Assembly (NCBI RefSeq): GCF_024298765.1
Contig: NZ_CP101210.1
Source: Escherichia coli
Lineage (GTDB): Bacteria; Pseudomonadota; Gammaproteobacteria; Enterobacterales; Enterobacteriaceae
Reading direction: 5' to 3' (one strand)
Length of the DNA: 64,000 nt
In this document: in pieces, positions 45,189 to 61,216 of the stretch
Layout of the letters: every line of letters begins with the position of its first letter
Numbering within the stretch: position 1 is the first letter of the stretch
The notes under the pieces: model-generated
Database searches by the model: none
Told to the model about the DNA's origin: nothing
Seen by the model: the letters and a program-made list of their open reading frames with translations, nothing else
Translations under genes and position numbers: made by a program

Positions 45189-48100
45189 TTAGTCAAACTC
45201 CAGTTCCACCTGCTCCGAACCAATGAGGCCACGGAGATCGTTTAATAAACGATCGCTCGGAGAGACACGCCACGTCGCGCCAAAACGCAATCGCGCGCGT
45301 GCATCCGCCCTCTGATAGTAGAGATGTACTGGAATTGTCCCAGAGCGGTGGGGTTCCAGAGACTGACGGAGTCGGTTTAAAAGCTGGTCATCAATTTGCC
45401 TGTCCGTCAGCGAGATAGCAAGCCCGCGAGCATATTTTTCCCGGGCTTCGTCAATATCCATCACTTCGCGAGCGGTCATTTTAAGCCCACCGCTGAAGTC
45501 ATCAAAGCTGACCTGTCCGCTGACGATAAGTATGCGGTCTTTTTCCAGCAATTGCTGGTATTTATCCAGGGCGTCAGTAAACAACATCACTTCCAGCCGC
45601 CCGGAACGGTCATCCAGCGTGCAGATACCGATACGATTGCCGCGCTTGGTGACCATAACCCGCGCGGCAACAACGAGCCCCGCAGCCGTGATGACTTTAC
45701 CACGTTCTGTCGGGTGCATGTCTTTCAGCCTTACGCCTCCGACATAACGCTCAATCTCTTTTAAATACTGGTTGATAGGGTGTCCCGTCAGGTACAGACC
45801 TAACGTTTCACGTTCCCCATCTAACACCACCTGCTCCGGCCACGGTTGGCAGCTGGCGTAGGATTGTTCAATTTGTTCCGGCTCTTCGGCCAGCACGCCG
45901 AACATATCGGCCTGACCGATAGCTTCCGCTTTCGCGTGTTGATCTGCCGCTTTTAACGCATCGCCCAGCGAGTTCATCAGCGCCGCGCGGTGTGGCCCAA
46001 GACGGTCAAACGCCCCGGACATGATCAGTTTTTCCAGCACCCGCCGGTTTAACTTTTTGGTGTCGGTACGGGCGCAGAGATCAAACAGTTCGCGGAAGTA
46101 GCCGCCTTTATTGCGGGCTTCGATGATCGCCTCAATCGGACCTTCACCGACCCCTTTGATCGCGCCAATACCATACACGATTTCGCCGTCGTCGTTGACG
46201 TGGAAATGGTAAAGACCGGAGTTTATATCCGGCGGCAGGATTTTCAGCCCCATCCGCCAGCACTCATCCACCAGGCCCACCACCTTCTCGGTATTGTCCA
46301 TATCGGCGGTCATTACCGCCGCCATAAACTCCGCCGGATAGTGCGCTTTCAGCCATAACGTTTGATATGACACCAAAGCATAGGCCGCAGAGTGCGATTT
46401 GTTAAATCCGTAACCCGCGAATTTCTCCACCAGGTCGAAGATTTTCATCGCCAGTTCAGCGTTGATTCCGTTCTTTTCTGCACCTTCAGCAAATACAGAA
46501 CGCTGCTTAGCCATCTCTTCCGGCTTTTTCTTACCCATCGCACGACGCAGCATATCCGCGCCACCGAGGGTATAACCAGAAAGCACCTGCGCAATCTGCA
46601 TGACCTGTTCCTGATACAGGATGATGCCGTAGGTTGGCTCCAGTACCGGTTTCAGGCTTTCATGCTGCCACTGCACGTCCGGATAGGAGATCTCTTCGCG
46701 ACCATGTTTACGGTCGATAAAGTTATCCACCATCCCTGATTGCAACGGGCCGGGGCGGAACAGTGCCACCAGTGCGATCATATCTTCGAAGCAGTCAGGT
46801 TGCAGACGCTTGATCAGGTCCTTCATGCCGCGCGATTCAAGCTGGAATACCGCCGTGGTTTCCGAGCGTTGCAGCATGTCGAAGCTTTTCTTGTCATCCA
46901 GCGGGATCGCGGCGATATCCAGCGGCGGCTCGCCATTCTTCGCCCGCCGCTTGTTGATCATCTCCAGCGCCCAGTTGATGATGGTGAGCGTACGCAAACC
47001 GAGGAAGTCGAACTTCACCAGCCCGGCGTATTCAACGTCGCTTTTATCAAACTGGGTGACCGGATGTTTGCCCTCTTCATCGCAATAAAGCGGCGCAAAA
47101 TCAGTAATTTTGGTCGGCGCGATAACCACCCCACCGGCGTGCTTACCGGCGTTACGGGTGACCCCTTCCAGTTTGCGCGCCATGTCGATCAGCGCCTTAA
47201 CTTCTTCATCCGCTTCGTAGATTTCCGGCAGCTGTGGCTCGGCTTCAAACGCTTTCGCCAGCGTCATACCCGGATCGGGCGGGATCAGTTTCGAGATACG
47301 ATCGACAAATCCGTACGGATGCCCCAATACACGGCCTACGTCGCGGATCACCGCTTTCGCCGCCATCGTACCGAAGGTGATAATCTGCGATACCGCATCG
47401 CGACCGTACATGTCCGCTACGTGCTCGATAACCTGGTCGCGTTTCTCCATACAGAAGTCAACGTCGAAGTCAGGCATGGAGACACGTTCCGGGTTAAGGA
47501 AACGTTCGAACAGCAGGTCAAATTCCAGCGGATCGAGATCGGTGATTTTTAACGCGTAGGCCACCAGTGACCCTGCACCAGAACCACGGCCTGGCCCTAC
47601 CGGTACACCGTTATCTTTCGACCACTGGATAAATTCCATAACGATGAGGAAGTAACCCGGGAAGCCCATCTGGTTGATAACCTGAAGTTCAGTATCCAGA
47701 CGTTCGTCATACTCCGGACGACGCTTAAGACGTTCTTCCTCGTCAGGGAATAAAAATGCCAGACGCTCTTCCAGGCCCTCTTTTGCACGCTTGACCAGAT
47801 AATCTTCGGTGCTCATGTCCCCGGTCGGGAACTGCGGCAGGAAGTATTCACCAAGGCGCACGGTCACGTTACAGCGTTTGGCGATCTCAACGGTGTTGGC
47901 AAGGGCTTCGGGGATGTCGGCAAACAGCTCACACATCTCCTCTTCGCTACGCATATATTGCTGCGGCGAATAGTTACGCGGGCGTTTAGGATCGTCGAGG
48001 GTAAAGCCGTCGTGAATCGCGACGCGGATTTCGTGTGCGTCAAAGTCGCTGCTGTCGATAAAGCGCACGTCGTTGGTCGCCACAACGGGCAAACCGCGTG

Positions 48101-48671
48101 CTTCCGCCAGTTCCACCGCAGCGTGCAGATAGCTTTCTTCGTCCGGCCTGCCGGTGCGGATCAGCTCGAGAAAATAGCGATCCGGGAAGTGTTCTTCATA
48201 AAACGCGACACACTCATCTACCAGCGCGCTGTTACCACGCAAAAGACTGCGTCCAACGTCGCCCATGCGCCCGCCGGAAAGAAGGATCAACCCTTCATTT
48301 AATTCGATAAGCCAGTCGCGATCGATGATCGGCCCGGCGGTACCGTACCCGCGCTGATACGCTTTTGAGATCAGCAACGTCAGATTCTGATAGCCGGTAT
48401 TGTTCGCCGCCAGCACCGTCAGGTGAGTTAACTCATCACCCAGCAGGTCGCACTGGACGTTAAAATCCGCCCCGACGATGGGCTTAATCCCTGCGCCATG
48501 TCCCGCTCCGTAGAACTTCACCAGACCGCAAAGGTTGGTGAAATCGGTGATCGCCAGTGCTGGCATACCCAACGCTGCCGCCTTTTTTACCAGCGGTGCG
48601 GTTTTGGCCAGGCCATCGATCATCGAGTAGTCGCTGTGCACCCGCAGGTGTACGAAACGTGGTTCAGACAT
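45189..48671 (-). CDS. dnaE: DNA polymerase III alpha subunit
   Basis: 1160 aa; starts [16 protein letters not shown] (PHP domain). Confidence 0.97.
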   Translation of the reverse strand: MSEPRFVHLRVHSDYSMIDGLAKTAPLVKKAAALGMPALAITDFTNLCGLVKFYGAGHGAGIKPIVGADFNVQCDLLGDELTHLTVLAANNTGYQNLTLLISKAYQRGYGTAGPIIDRDWLIELNEGLILLSGGRMGDVGRSLLRGNSALVDECVAFYEEHFPDRYFLELIRTGRPDEESYLHAAVELAEARGLPVVATNDVRFIDSSDFDAHEIRVAIHDGFTLDDPKRPRNYSPQQYMRSEEEMCELFADIPEALANTVEIAKRCNVTVRLGEYFLPQFPTGDMSTEDYLVKRAKEGLEERLAFLFPDEEERLKRRPEYDERLDTELQVINQMGFPGYFLIVMEFIQWSKDNGVPVGPGRGSGAGSLVAYALKITDLDPLEFDLLFERFLNPERVSMPDFDVDFCMEKRDQVIEHVADMYGRDAVSQIITFGTMAAKAVIRDVGRVLGHPYGFVDRISKLIPPDPGMTLAKAFEAEPQLPEIYEADEEVKALIDMARKLEGVTRNAGKHAGGVVIAPTKITDFAPLYCDEEGKHPVTQFDKSDVEYAGLVKFDFLGLRTLTIINWALEMINKRRAKNGEPPLDIAAIPLDDKKSFDMLQRSETTAVFQLESRGMKDLIKRLQPDCFEDMIALVALFRPGPLQSGMVDNFIDRKHGREEISYPDVQWQHESLKPVLEPTYGIILYQEQVMQIAQVLSGYTLGGADMLRRAMGKKKPEEMAKQRSVFAEGAEKNGINAELAMKIFDLVEKFAGYGFNKSHSAAYALVSYQTLWLKAHYPAEFMAAVMTADMDNTEKVVGLVDECWRMGLKILPPDINSGLYHFHVNDDGEIVYGIGAIKGVGEGPIEAIIEARNKGGYFRELFDLCARTDTKKLNRRVLEKLIMSGAFDRLGPHRAALMNSLGDALKAADQHAKAEAIGQADMFGVLAEEPEQIEQSYASCQPWPEQVVLDGERETLGLYLTGHPINQYLKEIERYVGGVRLKDMHPTERGKVITAAGLVVAARVMVTKRGNRIGICTLDDRSGRLEVMLFTDALDKYQQLLEKDRILIVSGQVSFDDFSGGLKMTAREVMDIDEAREKYARGLAISLTDRQIDDQLLNRLRQSLEPHRSGTIPVHLYYQRADARARLRFGATWRVSPSDRLLNDLRGLIGSEQVELEFD

Positions 48672-48707
48672 CTTCAGATTCCGGTTTACTTAATCTCGAC
48701 ACAAGAA

Positions 48708-49304
48708 TCAGGACGCAAGTCCCAGTGCGCGTTTGACAGGCCCAAAGCTGCGCCGATGGTGTTCGGTCGCGCCGTGTTCAGCCAGTTTTTCCAGATGAAA
48801 AGCGGTTGGATACCCTTTGTGTTGGGCAAAACCATATTGCGGGAAAACAATATCCAGCGCTGCCATTTCGGCGTCACGCGTCACTTTCGCCAGGATAGAC
48901 GCGGCACTGATTTCCGGTACGCGGCTATCGCCTTTCACCACAGCCATCGAAGGCATCGGTAATTTCGGGCAGCGGTTACCATCAATCAACACATATTCCG
49001 GCGCAATATGCAGTCCAGCGACGGCACGCTGCATCGCCAGCATGGTCGCATGTAAAATATTCAGTTCGTCGATTTCGTGAGGTTCCGCGCGGCCCAGACT
49101 CCAGCTCAACGCTTTCTCTTTGATCTCTTCACAGAGCGCCAGACGGCGTTTTTCGCTCAGCTTTTTGGAATCATTCAGCCCGGCAATTGGGCGCGCCGGG
49201 TCAAGGATCACCGCAGCGGTGACGACCGCGCCAACTAACGGCCCGCGTCCGACTTCATCCACACCCGCAACCAGCTGCGTGTGCGGATAGACAAATTCGA
49301 TCAT
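48708..49304 (-). CDS. rnhB: Ribonuclease HII
   Basis: 198 aa; recalled match. Confidence 0.95.
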
Positions 49305-50449
49305 TGTGCTAACTCCAGAACGGCTTGTGCCGCCTGCTCATCGGCATTGCAGCGGATCTGCTGATGCAGCTCGCGGAAGGTGTCGTGCATCGCATGGCTG
49401 GTTTTCCCGTTCGCCAACAGCGGTAACAGCGCCGCAGCCAATTTTTGCGGCTCACACTCTTCCTGCAATAGCTCTTTGACTAACTCTCTGCCCGCCAGCA
49501 GATTTGGCAGCGAGACATAATCAGTTTTCACCAGTCGCTTCGCCAGCCAGAAGGTGAAAGGCTTCATGCGATATCCCACTACCATCGGGCATTTAGCCAG
49601 CATACACTCCAGTGCTGCCGTACCCGACGCCAGTAGCGCCGCATCACTGGCGACCATCGCCTCACGGCCCATTCCATCCAGCAAATGAACCGACAGGTCT
49701 GGCGCGACTGCAGCTTTGATGCGTTCAAACTGCTCGCGGCGTTTGGCATTCACCAGCGGCACCACGATTTCGAGATCCGGATATGTCTGGCGCAAAAGCT
49801 GGGCCGTTTTCAGGAAATCGGCACTAAGCATTTCGACTTCTGCACCACGGCTGCCCGGCAACAATGCCAGACAGTGGGCATCGTAAGGGATCCCCAGCAC
49901 ATCACGGGCACCATTTTTATCTGGATCTAATGGCATGGCATCAGCCATGGTATGACCGATAAAGCGGCACGGTACGTTGTATTTGTCATAAAACGCCTTT
50001 TCGAAAGGCAGAAATGCGAGCACCAGATCGGTGGCTCTGCCTATTTTGAAAACGCGTTTCTGTCGCCACGCCCAGACGGACGGACTGACGTAATGAATGG
50101 TTTTGATACCCTGCTTTTTGAGGTTACCTTCAAGAGTAATATTGAAGTCAGGCGCATCAATACCAACAAAAACATCTGGCTTCAGTTCGCCAAAACGCTT
50201 TGTCAGATCGGCACGAATATGTAGTAAGCGACGCAGACGACCGAGCACTTCAACAATGCCCATCACTGCCAGTTCTTCCATTTCGTACCAGGCTTCGCAG
50301 CCTTCAGCCTGCATTCGTGGCCCGGCAACACCAACAAAGCGGGCGTTGGGCACACGTTCTTTCAGAGCGCGGATTAAACCGGCCCCCAGGATATCGCCGG
50401 AGGTTTCTCCGGCGACCAGGGCAATCGTTAATGGACGCTGTTCAGTCAT
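49301..50449 (-). CDS. lpxB: Lipid-A-disaccharide synthase
   Basis: 382 aa; recalled match. Confidence 0.95.
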
Positions 50450-51237
50450 TAACGAATCAGACCGCGCGTTGAGCGTGCAAAGAAATCGGTAAAGGCTTTC
50501 ACTTCCGGATATGTTTCCGCCAGTTCAGCAATTTCCGGTTTCACTTCATCGAGCGTTTTACCGCTACGATAAATCAGCTTATACGCATTGCGGATAGCGG
50601 TAATCGCCTCACGGCTGAATCCGCGGCGCTTCAGCCCTTCGATATTGACACCGAACGGCGTTGCGTGGTTACCCTGCGCAATGACATAAGGAGGGACGTC
50701 CTGCGCCACACCGGAGCAGCCGCCAACCATCACATGCGCACCAATGATGCAGAACTGATGGACTGCGGTCATGCCGCCGATGATCGCGAAGTCGTCAACC
50801 GATACGTGACCCGCCAGCGTTGCGTTGTTGGCGAGGATGCAGCGGTTACCTACCGTACAATCGTGCGCAATGTGCGCATTGATCATCAGTAAGTTGTCGC
50901 TGCCCACCTTCGTCAATCCACCGCCCTGGACTGTGCCACGATGAATGGTGACGCTTTCGCGAATGCGGTTACGATCGCCGATTTCCACGCGGGTCGGTTC
51001 GCCAGCATATTTCAGATCCTGGTTAACTTCGCCGATGGAGGCGAACTGATAAATCTCATTATCGCGGCCAATTTTAGTATGACCATTCACGACAACGTGA
51101 GATTTCAGTACGGTACCCTCACCAATTTCGACATGGGGTCCAACGATACAAAAAGGACCAATGTGAGCGTTCGCGCCAATCGACGCGCCCTCTTCCACAA
51201 TGGCGGTTGGATGCACAAAGGCGGATTTATCAATCAC
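50449..51237 (-). CDS. lpxA: UDP-N-acetylglucosamine acyltransferase
   Basis: 262 aa; hexapeptide-repeat protein. Confidence 0.95.
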
Positions 51238-51240
51238 GTA

Positions 51241-51696
51241 TCAGGCCTCCCGGCTACGAGCACACATCATCGTTGCTTCGCAAACTACTTTACCGTCGAC
51301 CAGAGCAACCCCTTTAAAACGGGTCAGGCCGCGGCGCGTTTTTTCGAAAGTGACTTCCATGATCATTTGATCGCCAGGCACGACCGGGCGCTTAAAGCGC
51401 GCTTCGTCAATACCGGCGAAGTAGTACAGCTCACCCGGTTCCAGTTTTCCTACGCTTTTAAACGCCAGAATACCTGTTGCCTGTGCCATTGCTTCCAGAA
51501 TCAGCACACCCGGGAAAATCGGTTTTCCAGGGAAATGGCCCTGGAAGAATGGCTCATTGACAGAGACATTTTTTACTGCGCGCAGAAAACGACCTTCTTC
51601 AAAATCCAGCACGCGATCCACCAGTAAGAACGGGAAACGGTGCGGCAGAAGTTCTAAAATCTCTTCAATCTGCAGAGTATGAGTGTTAGTAGTCAA
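51241..51696 (-). CDS. fabZ: 3-hydroxyacyl-ACP dehydratase FabZ
   Basis: 151 aa beginning at a TTG codon ([27 protein letters not shown]); the ORF-track extension is an artefact. Confidence 0.92.
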
Positions 51697-51800
51697 GATA
51701 CTCTTCCTGTCAAAATATAAGAAACGACAATAATAACACGGCCTGCCGCAATCGTAAGAATGAGACAGGCCGTAAAGTTTGGCGAACAAAAGATGGAACG

Positions 51801-52826
51801 TTAGTCTTGTTGATTAACCTTGCGCTCAAGCGATTTCAGACGCTTGCTCATGTCATCAATGTTCATCACCAGTGCAGCGGTTTTGCGCCAGACTTTGTTG
51901 GGTTGCAGCGGAATGCCTGAGGAATAGACGCCTGGTTCAGTGATGGGACGCATCACCATACCCATGCCCGTAACCGTCACTTTGTCGCATATTTCCATAT
52001 GCCCGTTGATTACGCTGGCTCCGCCGATCATGCAGTAACGACCAATTTTCAGGCTGCCCGCCATAATGACGCCACCGGCAACTGCCGTATTGTCGCCAAT
52101 CACGACGTTATGTGCAATCTGGCACTGGTTATCAATGATCACACCATTGCCAATAACAGTGTCATCCAGCGCGCCACGATCAATGGTAGTGCAGGCACCG
52201 ATCTCCACGCGATCGCCAATAATTACGCGACCAATCTGTGGGATCTTCACCCAGTTACCACGATCGTTGGCATAACCAAAGCCGTCTGCGCCTACCACTG
52301 TTCCGGACTGGATCAGGCAATTCTGACCGATCTGGATCTCATGGTAAATGGTTACGTTCGCCCAGAGACGCGAACCTGCACCGATTTTGCTGTTTTTACC
52401 TACGAAGCAACCGGCACCGATAATCACGTTATCGCCCAGTTCAACGCCGGACTCAATCACCGCGTTAGCGCCAATCGATACGTTGTTACCCAGCTTCGCC
52501 GTCGCGTCAATCACCGCACTGGGTGCAATGTTCTGCGCGGGCTGCGGCGTGGTATCTAAAATTTGCGCCATACGCGCGTAAGTCAGGTAGGGATTCTTCA
52601 CTACCAGCGCGGCACTTTTCGCGAAAGGAAGATCGTCCTGGGTCATGACAACCGCGGACGCCTGGCACAAGCCTAAATGCTCACGGTATTTGGGGTTAAC
52701 CATGAACGTAATGTGACCTGTTTGTGCAGATTGCATGGACGCAACGCCGGTGATGACGATATCGCCATCACCGTGTAGTTCTGCATCCAACTGCTGCGCT
52801 AAATCAGCCAGTCGAATTGAAGGCAT
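51801..52826 (-). CDS. lpxD: UDP-3-O-(3-hydroxymyristoyl)glucosamine N-acyltransferase
   Basis: 341 aa; hexapeptide repeats. Confidence 0.95.
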
Positions 52827-52829
52827 TAC

Positions 52830-53315
52830 TTATTTAACCTGTTTCAGTACGTCGGCAGTGATGTCTTTTACATCGCTGCTGTTGTAAGCAACGGCATTTG
52901 CATCAACAACCAGATCGATATCCTGGCTGTTGGCAACGGATTTCACAGCAGTCTGGATACGAGTAACCAGTTTGCCGCGTTCTTCGTTGGAACGACGTGC
53001 GCGATCCTGCTCAAAAGCCTGCGCTTTCTGAGCAAAAGTCTGGCGCTGAGCCATCACGTCTTTTTCCAGCTTAGTGCGATCGCTGCCCGCTTTCATGGAC
53101 TGCAGCTTTTTCATTTTAGCCTGCAGATCGGTTTCCATACGCTGCAGTTCGCTGGCACGGCCTTTGAACTCGTTTTCCAGCGTGTTAGAAACACCGGTTT
53201 TCTGCGCTACCTGCTGGAACAGGCTGCCCATATTGACGATTGCAATTTTGTCAGCCGCCTGAGCAGAAGTTGCCAGTGCTAAACCGAGACCTGCAGCTAA
53301 TAACCACTTTTTCAC
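52830..53315 (-). CDS. skp: Periplasmic chaperone Skp
   Basis: 161 aa with signal peptide. Confidence 0.95.
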   Translation of the reverse strand: MKKWLLAAGLGLALATSAQAADKIAIVNMGSLFQQVAQKTGVSNTLENEFKGRASELQRMETDLQAKMKKLQSMKAGSDRTKLEKDVMAQRQTFAQKAQAFEQDRARRSNEERGKLVTRIQTAVKSVANSQDIDLVVDANAVAYNSSDVKDITADVLKQVK

Positions 53316-53436
53316 AATAAACTCCTTACCATCCCATTTGCACCGGAGGGTGCAGTTCTTTGCGTGGCCCGGCGATCTTATATTGATCGCCTAAAGTCAT
53401 CGCTACACTACCACTACATTCCTTTGTGGAGAACAC

Positions 53437-55887
<2,451 letters not shown>

Positions 55888-55898
55888 CTAACTAACTC

Positions 55899-57251
55899 TC
55901 ATAACCGAGAGAAATCATTGAAAAGTGCAAGCCCCATTAACAGCACCAGCAGAATCGAGCCAATGCGATAACAAAAGTCTTGAACCCGCTCGGATACCGG
56001 TCCGCCCTTGATCTTTTCGATCGCAAGGAACAGCAGATGCCCCCCGTCAAGTACGGGCAACGGAAACAGGTTAATTATCCCTAAGTTCACGCTAATAAGC
56101 GCAAGAAACGGCAGGTAATAAACTACCCCGAGTTCCGCTGTCATCCCAGCCCCCTTGGCGATAGAGATCGGCCCACTGAGGTTGTTCAGTTTCACATCAC
56201 CGGTGATCAATTTTCCCAGCATACTGACCGTCAGCTTCATCAACTGCCACGTTTTGTCCGTGGCTTCGACGATAGCGTTGAACGGCCCATACTGGCGTAC
56301 AACTTTATACTCATCTGGCAAAGGAATGACTTTCGGCTCAATACCGACAAAACCAATCGCTTTACCCTTACCCGGTTTACTCTCCGGGATTAATGTCAAA
56401 GACAAGGGACTCCCCTGCCTTTCGATTTCTAACGCTAAGGATTTACCCGGGTTATCCCGGACAAGCATCACAAAGGTCACCCACTGCGTTAAGGGCTGAC
56501 CATCGACTTTAACGATCCTGTCGCCTGCTTGCAAACCTGCCTTGCTTGCCGCCGAGTTTGGCTGCACATTTTCCAGTACAGGTTCAATTTGCGGCCCACG
56601 AGGACGAATCCCCAACGAAGATACCGGATCTTCTTTATCAGGCTCAAACGCCCAGTGACGTAAATCGAGCTTTACATCCCGCCGTTGGTCGCTGCCAAAT
56701 GGCGCTACCGTAATGGTGGTGCTTTCATCGCCAATTTTATCGACCAACTGCAAACGCACGGCATCCCAATCAGGCGTTTCGATACCATCTACGGCTTTTA
56801 GTTCCGTACCTGGTGCAATTTGTGCTTCCGCAGCTATCGAATTGGCTGCTATTTCACCAACCACCGGACGTACGCCAGGCACACCAATAATAAAAACCAG
56901 CCAGTAGGCAAAGATAGCAAAAATGAAGTTTGCAACCGGACCTGCGGCAATAATCGCCGCTCGTTGGCCGACAGATTTATTATTGAAGGCATGGTGGCGG
57001 AGTTCCGGAACGACCGGTTCTGCGCGCTCATCCAGCATTTTGACATAACCGCCCAACGGGATCAGGGCGATAACATATTCGGTGCCGAGCTTATCAGTTC
57101 GCCGCCAGAGCGCCTTACCAAACCCTATTGAGAAACGCTCAACGCGAACACCACAACGCCGGGCAACCCAGAAATGACCAAATTCATGCACGGTGATAAG
57201 TACACCCAGTGCAACGATGAACGAAGCCAAATCCCAGAGAAAACTCAGCAT
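55899..57251 (-). CDS. rseP: Regulator of sigma-E protease RseP (site-2 protease)
   Basis: HEFGH zinc motif; start chosen at MLSFLWDL (450 aa). Confidence 0.93.
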   Translation of the reverse strand: MLSFLWDLASFIVALGVLITVHEFGHFWVARRCGVRVERFSIGFGKALWRRTDKLGTEYVIALIPLGGYVKMLDERAEPVVPELRHHAFNNKSVGQRAAIIAAGPVANFIFAIFAYWLVFIIGVPGVRPVVGEIAANSIAAEAQIAPGTELKAVDGIETPDWDAVRLQLVDKIGDESTTITVAPFGSDQRRDVKLDLRHWAFEPDKEDPVSSLGIRPRGPQIEPVLENVQPNSAASKAGLQAGDRIVKVDGQPLTQWVTFVMLVRDNPGKSLALEIERQGSPLSLTLIPESKPGKGKAIGFVGIEPKVIPLPDEYKVVRQYGPFNAIVEATDKTWQLMKLTVSMLGKLITGDVKLNNLSGPISIAKGAGMTAELGVVYYLPFLALISVNLGIINLFPLPVLDGGHLLFLAIEKIKGGPVSERVQDFCYRIGSILLVLLMGLALFNDFSRL

Positions 57252-57262
57252 ATTACCTTCCG

Positions 57263-58120
57263 TTAAAGCGTCCTGAATACCAGTAACAACAAGCAAGCAA
57301 AGACCGGTACCGCAGCCGTCAGGCTATCAATACGATCTAAAATACCACCGTGTCCTGGAATTAAATGACCGCTGTCCTTAATTCCTGCTTCACGCTTAAA
57401 CATACTTTCGGTCAGATCGCCGAGCACTGAGGCTAACGCTGCGACAATAGAGCAAATGAGTAAGGTGACGGGAGCGACGTCGAGATTCACCCACATGCCA
57501 TAACCCCATGAGATTACCGCTGCGGTCACTAGTCCACCGATAAAGCCTTGCCAGGTTTTACCCGGAGAAACCTTCGGTGCCAGCTTATGTTTACCAAACA
57601 ATTTGCCAAACATATATGCGCCAGAGTCAGCGCCCCATACCAGGATCATGACATAGAGCAGCCATATTGCGCCACTGTAATGATTCTCGTCGTAGTGCCA
57701 GGCCCGTAACGCCAGCATGCCCCAGAAGAAGGGAACAATGGTTAGCACGCCAAAAATAAGGCGCAATGTTTTAGAGTTACGCCAGATTGCTGCGGAACCT
57801 GGGTAAAACAGCACCAGCAATAGCGCGACAATCCACCAACCCAGCGAAGCCCAAAGTGAGATTTCAACCAGCGGTTGATGAATATTTCGGTGATATTCCG
57901 GCAACAGAAAAAGCATCAGCGCCAACAATAACCCGCATAACACCGCCAACCATACTCGCTGCGAACGAGTGGTAAAACCGCTAAGCTGTCCCCATTCCCA
58001 CGCTGCCAGCATGCAGACCACCAGCGTTACAATGGCGAACCCCACCGGCGGCAACAGAAACAACGCCGCGATGACAACGGGTATTAACACAAAAGCAGAT
58101 ATCAGGCGATACTTCAGCAA
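57263..58120 (-). CDS. cdsA: CDP-diglyceride synthase
   Basis: 285 aa membrane protein. Confidence 0.95.
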   Translation of the reverse strand: MLKYRLISAFVLIPVVIAALFLLPPVGFAIVTLVVCMLAAWEWGQLSGFTTRSQRVWLAVLCGLLLALMLFLLPEYHRNIHQPLVEISLWASLGWWIVALLLVLFYPGSAAIWRNSKTLRLIFGVLTIVPFFWGMLALRAWHYDENHYSGAIWLLYVMILVWGADSGAYMFGKLFGKHKLAPKVSPGKTWQGFIGGLVTAAVISWGYGMWVNLDVAPVTLLICSIVAALASVLGDLTESMFKREAGIKDSGHLIPGHGGILDRIDSLTAAVPVFACLLLLVFRTL

Positions 58121-58132
58121 AAGCGACCCCCA

Positions 58133-58894
58133 TCAGGCTGTTTCATCACCGGGCTCGGTGCCGCCGAAACGACGCTCTCGATTAGCAAAGGCATTTAACG
58201 CCCCTTCAAAGTCTTGTTCATCGAAATCGGGCCAGAGAACATCTGTAAAGTAAAGTTCGGCATAGGCAATTTGCCAAAGCAAAAAGTTACTAATGCGATG
58301 CTCCCCCCCAGTCCTAATTACTAAATCTACAGGGGCCAGTTCATGCATACAGACATGCTGGTTTAGCATCTCTTCATCTATCTGATCTGGTTGCAGGTTT
58401 CCTTGCTGCACCTTTTCAGCCAGTTGCCTGACTCCCTGGACTATATCCCAACGTCCACCGTAGTTCGCCGCAATATTCAGCGTCAGACCGGTATTCCCGG
58501 CTGTTAGCGCTTCAGATTTACGAATACGTTCTTGCAAACGCGAGTTAAAGCGACTGGTATCGCCAATAATACGCAGACGCACGTTATGTCGGTGCAGACT
58601 TTTTACTTCGCTATCTAGCGCCCACACAAACAGTTCCATTAACGCACTGACTTCCTGCGCTGGTCGGTTCCAGTTTTCACTACTAAAGGCATACAGCGTT
58701 AACGCCTCAATACCGTTGTTGGCCGCAAAAGAGACAGCCCGGCGGACGGATTTTGCCCCGGCTTTATGCCCAAAGGCACGAATCTTCCCTTGCTTTTTTG
58801 CCCAGCGACCATTGCCGTCCATAATGATCGCAACATGACGACAGCCATGCGCTGGCAATTTTTCGCTAAGTGGTTGAGTAGCAGACAACATCAC
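58133..58894 (-). CDS. uppS: Undecaprenyl-diphosphate synthase
   Basis: 253 aa; recalled match. Confidence 0.95.
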   Translation of the reverse strand: MMLSATQPLSEKLPAHGCRHVAIIMDGNGRWAKKQGKIRAFGHKAGAKSVRRAVSFAANNGIEALTLYAFSSENWNRPAQEVSALMELFVWALDSEVKSLHRHNVRLRIIGDTSRFNSRLQERIRKSEALTAGNTGLTLNIAANYGGRWDIVQGVRQLAEKVQQGNLQPDQIDEEMLNQHVCMHELAPVDLVIRTGGEHRISNFLLWQIAYAELYFTDVLWPDFDEQDFEGALNAFANRERRFGGTEPGDETA

Positions 58895-58949
58895 GCGTTT
58901 CTTATTCCCTGACAGGGTTTACGGTACTCAGGAATACTGAAGCCTATAC

Positions 58950-58975
58950 AAAAAAAAGCCGTGTAAAACCACGGC
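58950..58975 (-). terminator. Rho-independent terminator between dxr and uppS
   Basis: On the minus strand, hairpin GCCGTG-loop-CACGGC followed by a U-run. Confidence 0.5.
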
Positions 58976-59079
58976 ATACCTGACCTTATAAAGCCAACTA
59001 CTTACGATCAGATGGCGCAGACTATATCACTGAAGCCCTACGCTAACAAATAGCGCGACTCTCTGTAGCCGGATTATCC

Positions 59080-60276
59080 TCAGCTTGCGAGACGCATCAC
59101 CTCTTTTCTGGCGACTTCACGCGCGTTCGCATCAACAGATAACACATCGTCCACACATTGTGGTTCGCGCATATCCATTTTTTCCAGTACGGATAAATTC
59201 AACGCGGCGATATCCGTAAAGCGGATTTGTTGCGCAAGAAAAGCAGCTACGGTGATTTCGTTTGCGGCATTCAATGCTGTCGTCGCTGCCTGGCCTTGTT
59301 CGAACGCCTCCATCGCCAGTTTCAGGCATGGATAACGATCATAATCCGGTGCGGCAAATGTCAACGCACTTAGTTTGCAAAAATCGAGCGGCTTCACGCC
59401 AGAGTTCACGCGATTCGGCCATGCCATGGTGTGGGCAATTGGCGTACGCATATCCGGTTCCCCCAGCTGCGCCAGAACACTGCCGTCCTGATAGCGCACC
59501 ATTGAGTGAATCACTGACTGCGGGTGAATCAGCACTTCCATCTGGCTGGCGCTGGCGTTAAACAGCCAACGCGCTTCAATGTATTCCAGACCTTTGTTCA
59601 TCATGGTAGCCGAATCGACAGAAATTTTACGTCCCATCGACCAGTTCGGATGACGGCAGGCTTGATCGGGCGTCATTGTTGCCAAATCGCGCAATGGCGT
59701 CTCACGGAAAGGGCCACCAGACCCGGTAAGTAAAATGGACACCACGCCATTTTGCTCAAGGTCAGCGTATCCCAGATTATGCTGGATAGGTTGCGGTAAA
59801 CTCTGAAAAATGGCGTTATGTTCGCTATCGACCGGTAACAATTGCGCTTTGCTCTGCTTTACGGCGTCCATAAACAGACGTCCGCAGGTAACCAGTGATT
59901 CTTTATTGGCCAGCAAAATGGTTTTACCCGCGCGGATCGCAGCAAGCGTAGGTAACAGCCCAGCAGCGCCAACAATGGCTGCCATCACCTGATCAACATC
60001 CTCAAGCGCTGCCATATCGCAAGCGGCTTGTTGCCCACTTAAGACTTCGGTGCGGCTACCCTGTTGCTGTAGCATCGTTTTAAGAAGTTTCGCACTCGCT
60101 TCATCATCCATTACAGCATAGCGGGGAGAGAATTCCAGGCACTGTTCTACCATGCGAGTGACATTTTTGCCTGCCACCAGCGCAACTACGCGGAAGTGTT
60201 CGGGATTATGGCGCACCACGTCCAGCGTGCTGCAACCAATCGAGCCGGTCGAGCCCAGAATGGTGAGTTGCTTCAT
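59080..60276 (-). CDS. dxr: 1-deoxy-D-xylulose-5-phosphate reductoisomerase
   Basis: 398 aa; starts [14 protein letters not shown]. Confidence 0.95.
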
Positions 60277-60302
60277 GAAACATCCAGAGTTGAGACAGAA
60301 TA

Positions 60303-60352
60303 AAAAGCAAAACGCCGCCAGCCGATCCGCAAGGATCTACTGAGCGGCGTTT
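60303..60352 (-). terminator. Rho-independent terminator after frr
   Basis: On the minus strand, GC-rich stem-loop (CGCCGC...GCGGCG) followed by a T-rich tract. Confidence 0.5.
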
Positions 60353-60367
60353 TTGTCGTTCAAGAAA

Positions 60368-60925
60368 TCAGAACTGCATCAGTTCTGCTTCTTTGTCTGC
60401 CAGCGCCGCTTCAATTTTCTTGATTGCAGCATCAGTCAGTTTCTGTACATCGTCCTGAGAACGGCGATCGTCGTCTTCGCTGATCTCTTTATCTTTCAAC
60501 AGTGCTTTCACTTTGTCGTTCGCGTCACGACGCACATTACGTACTGCAACACGCGCTTGTTCTGCTTCACCACGAACGATTTTGGTCAGATCTTTACGAC
60601 GTTCTTCCGTCAGCGGCGGCAGCGGAACACGGATGTCGCTACCCGCAGAGTTCGGGTTCAGGCCAAGATCGGACGCCATAATCGCTTTTTCAACGGCCGG
60701 AGACATTGAACGATCAAACACGTTGATTTTCAGAGTACGGGAATCTTCTACCGTTACGCTTGCCAGCTGACGCAGCGGCGTCGGCGTGCCGTAATATTCC
60801 ACGACAATGCCATCCAGCAGGCTGGGAGAAGCACGACCCGTGCGTATTTTGCTGATTTGGGTTTTGAACGCTTCTACGCATTTATCCATGCGTACTTCAG
60901 CATCTTTTCTGATATCGCTAATCAC
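60368..60925 (-). CDS. frr: Ribosome recycling factor
   Basis: 185 aa; recalled match. Confidence 0.97.
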
Positions 60926-61216
60926 GTTACGAATCCTTGAAAACTTGTCTCAGTCAGACCAGACAGTCACACACAGTGGAAGTGTGCTAAGTATAGCCCT
61001 GATTAAACATATTACGGGTAATCGTCTGGATTATTAGGCTATTTTATTTGCCATTTTGGCCCCGGGCAGTGCTCGCCATCCTCACGTACTTTTGTACGCT
61101 CCGGTTGCTGCACGCTGGCCGTGACCAAACTGCCTGCAACAATAACGCCTTATAACCAGACTTACGCCCCCGCGATACTTACGCGGAATCTTACCCTTAT
61201 TTATCCATCACGGGAA

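Noticed and set aside
46740-47552. 270-aa plus-strand ORF (and other plus-strand ORFs) inside dnaE
   Set aside because: Antisense to dnaE; no independent signals; spurious.
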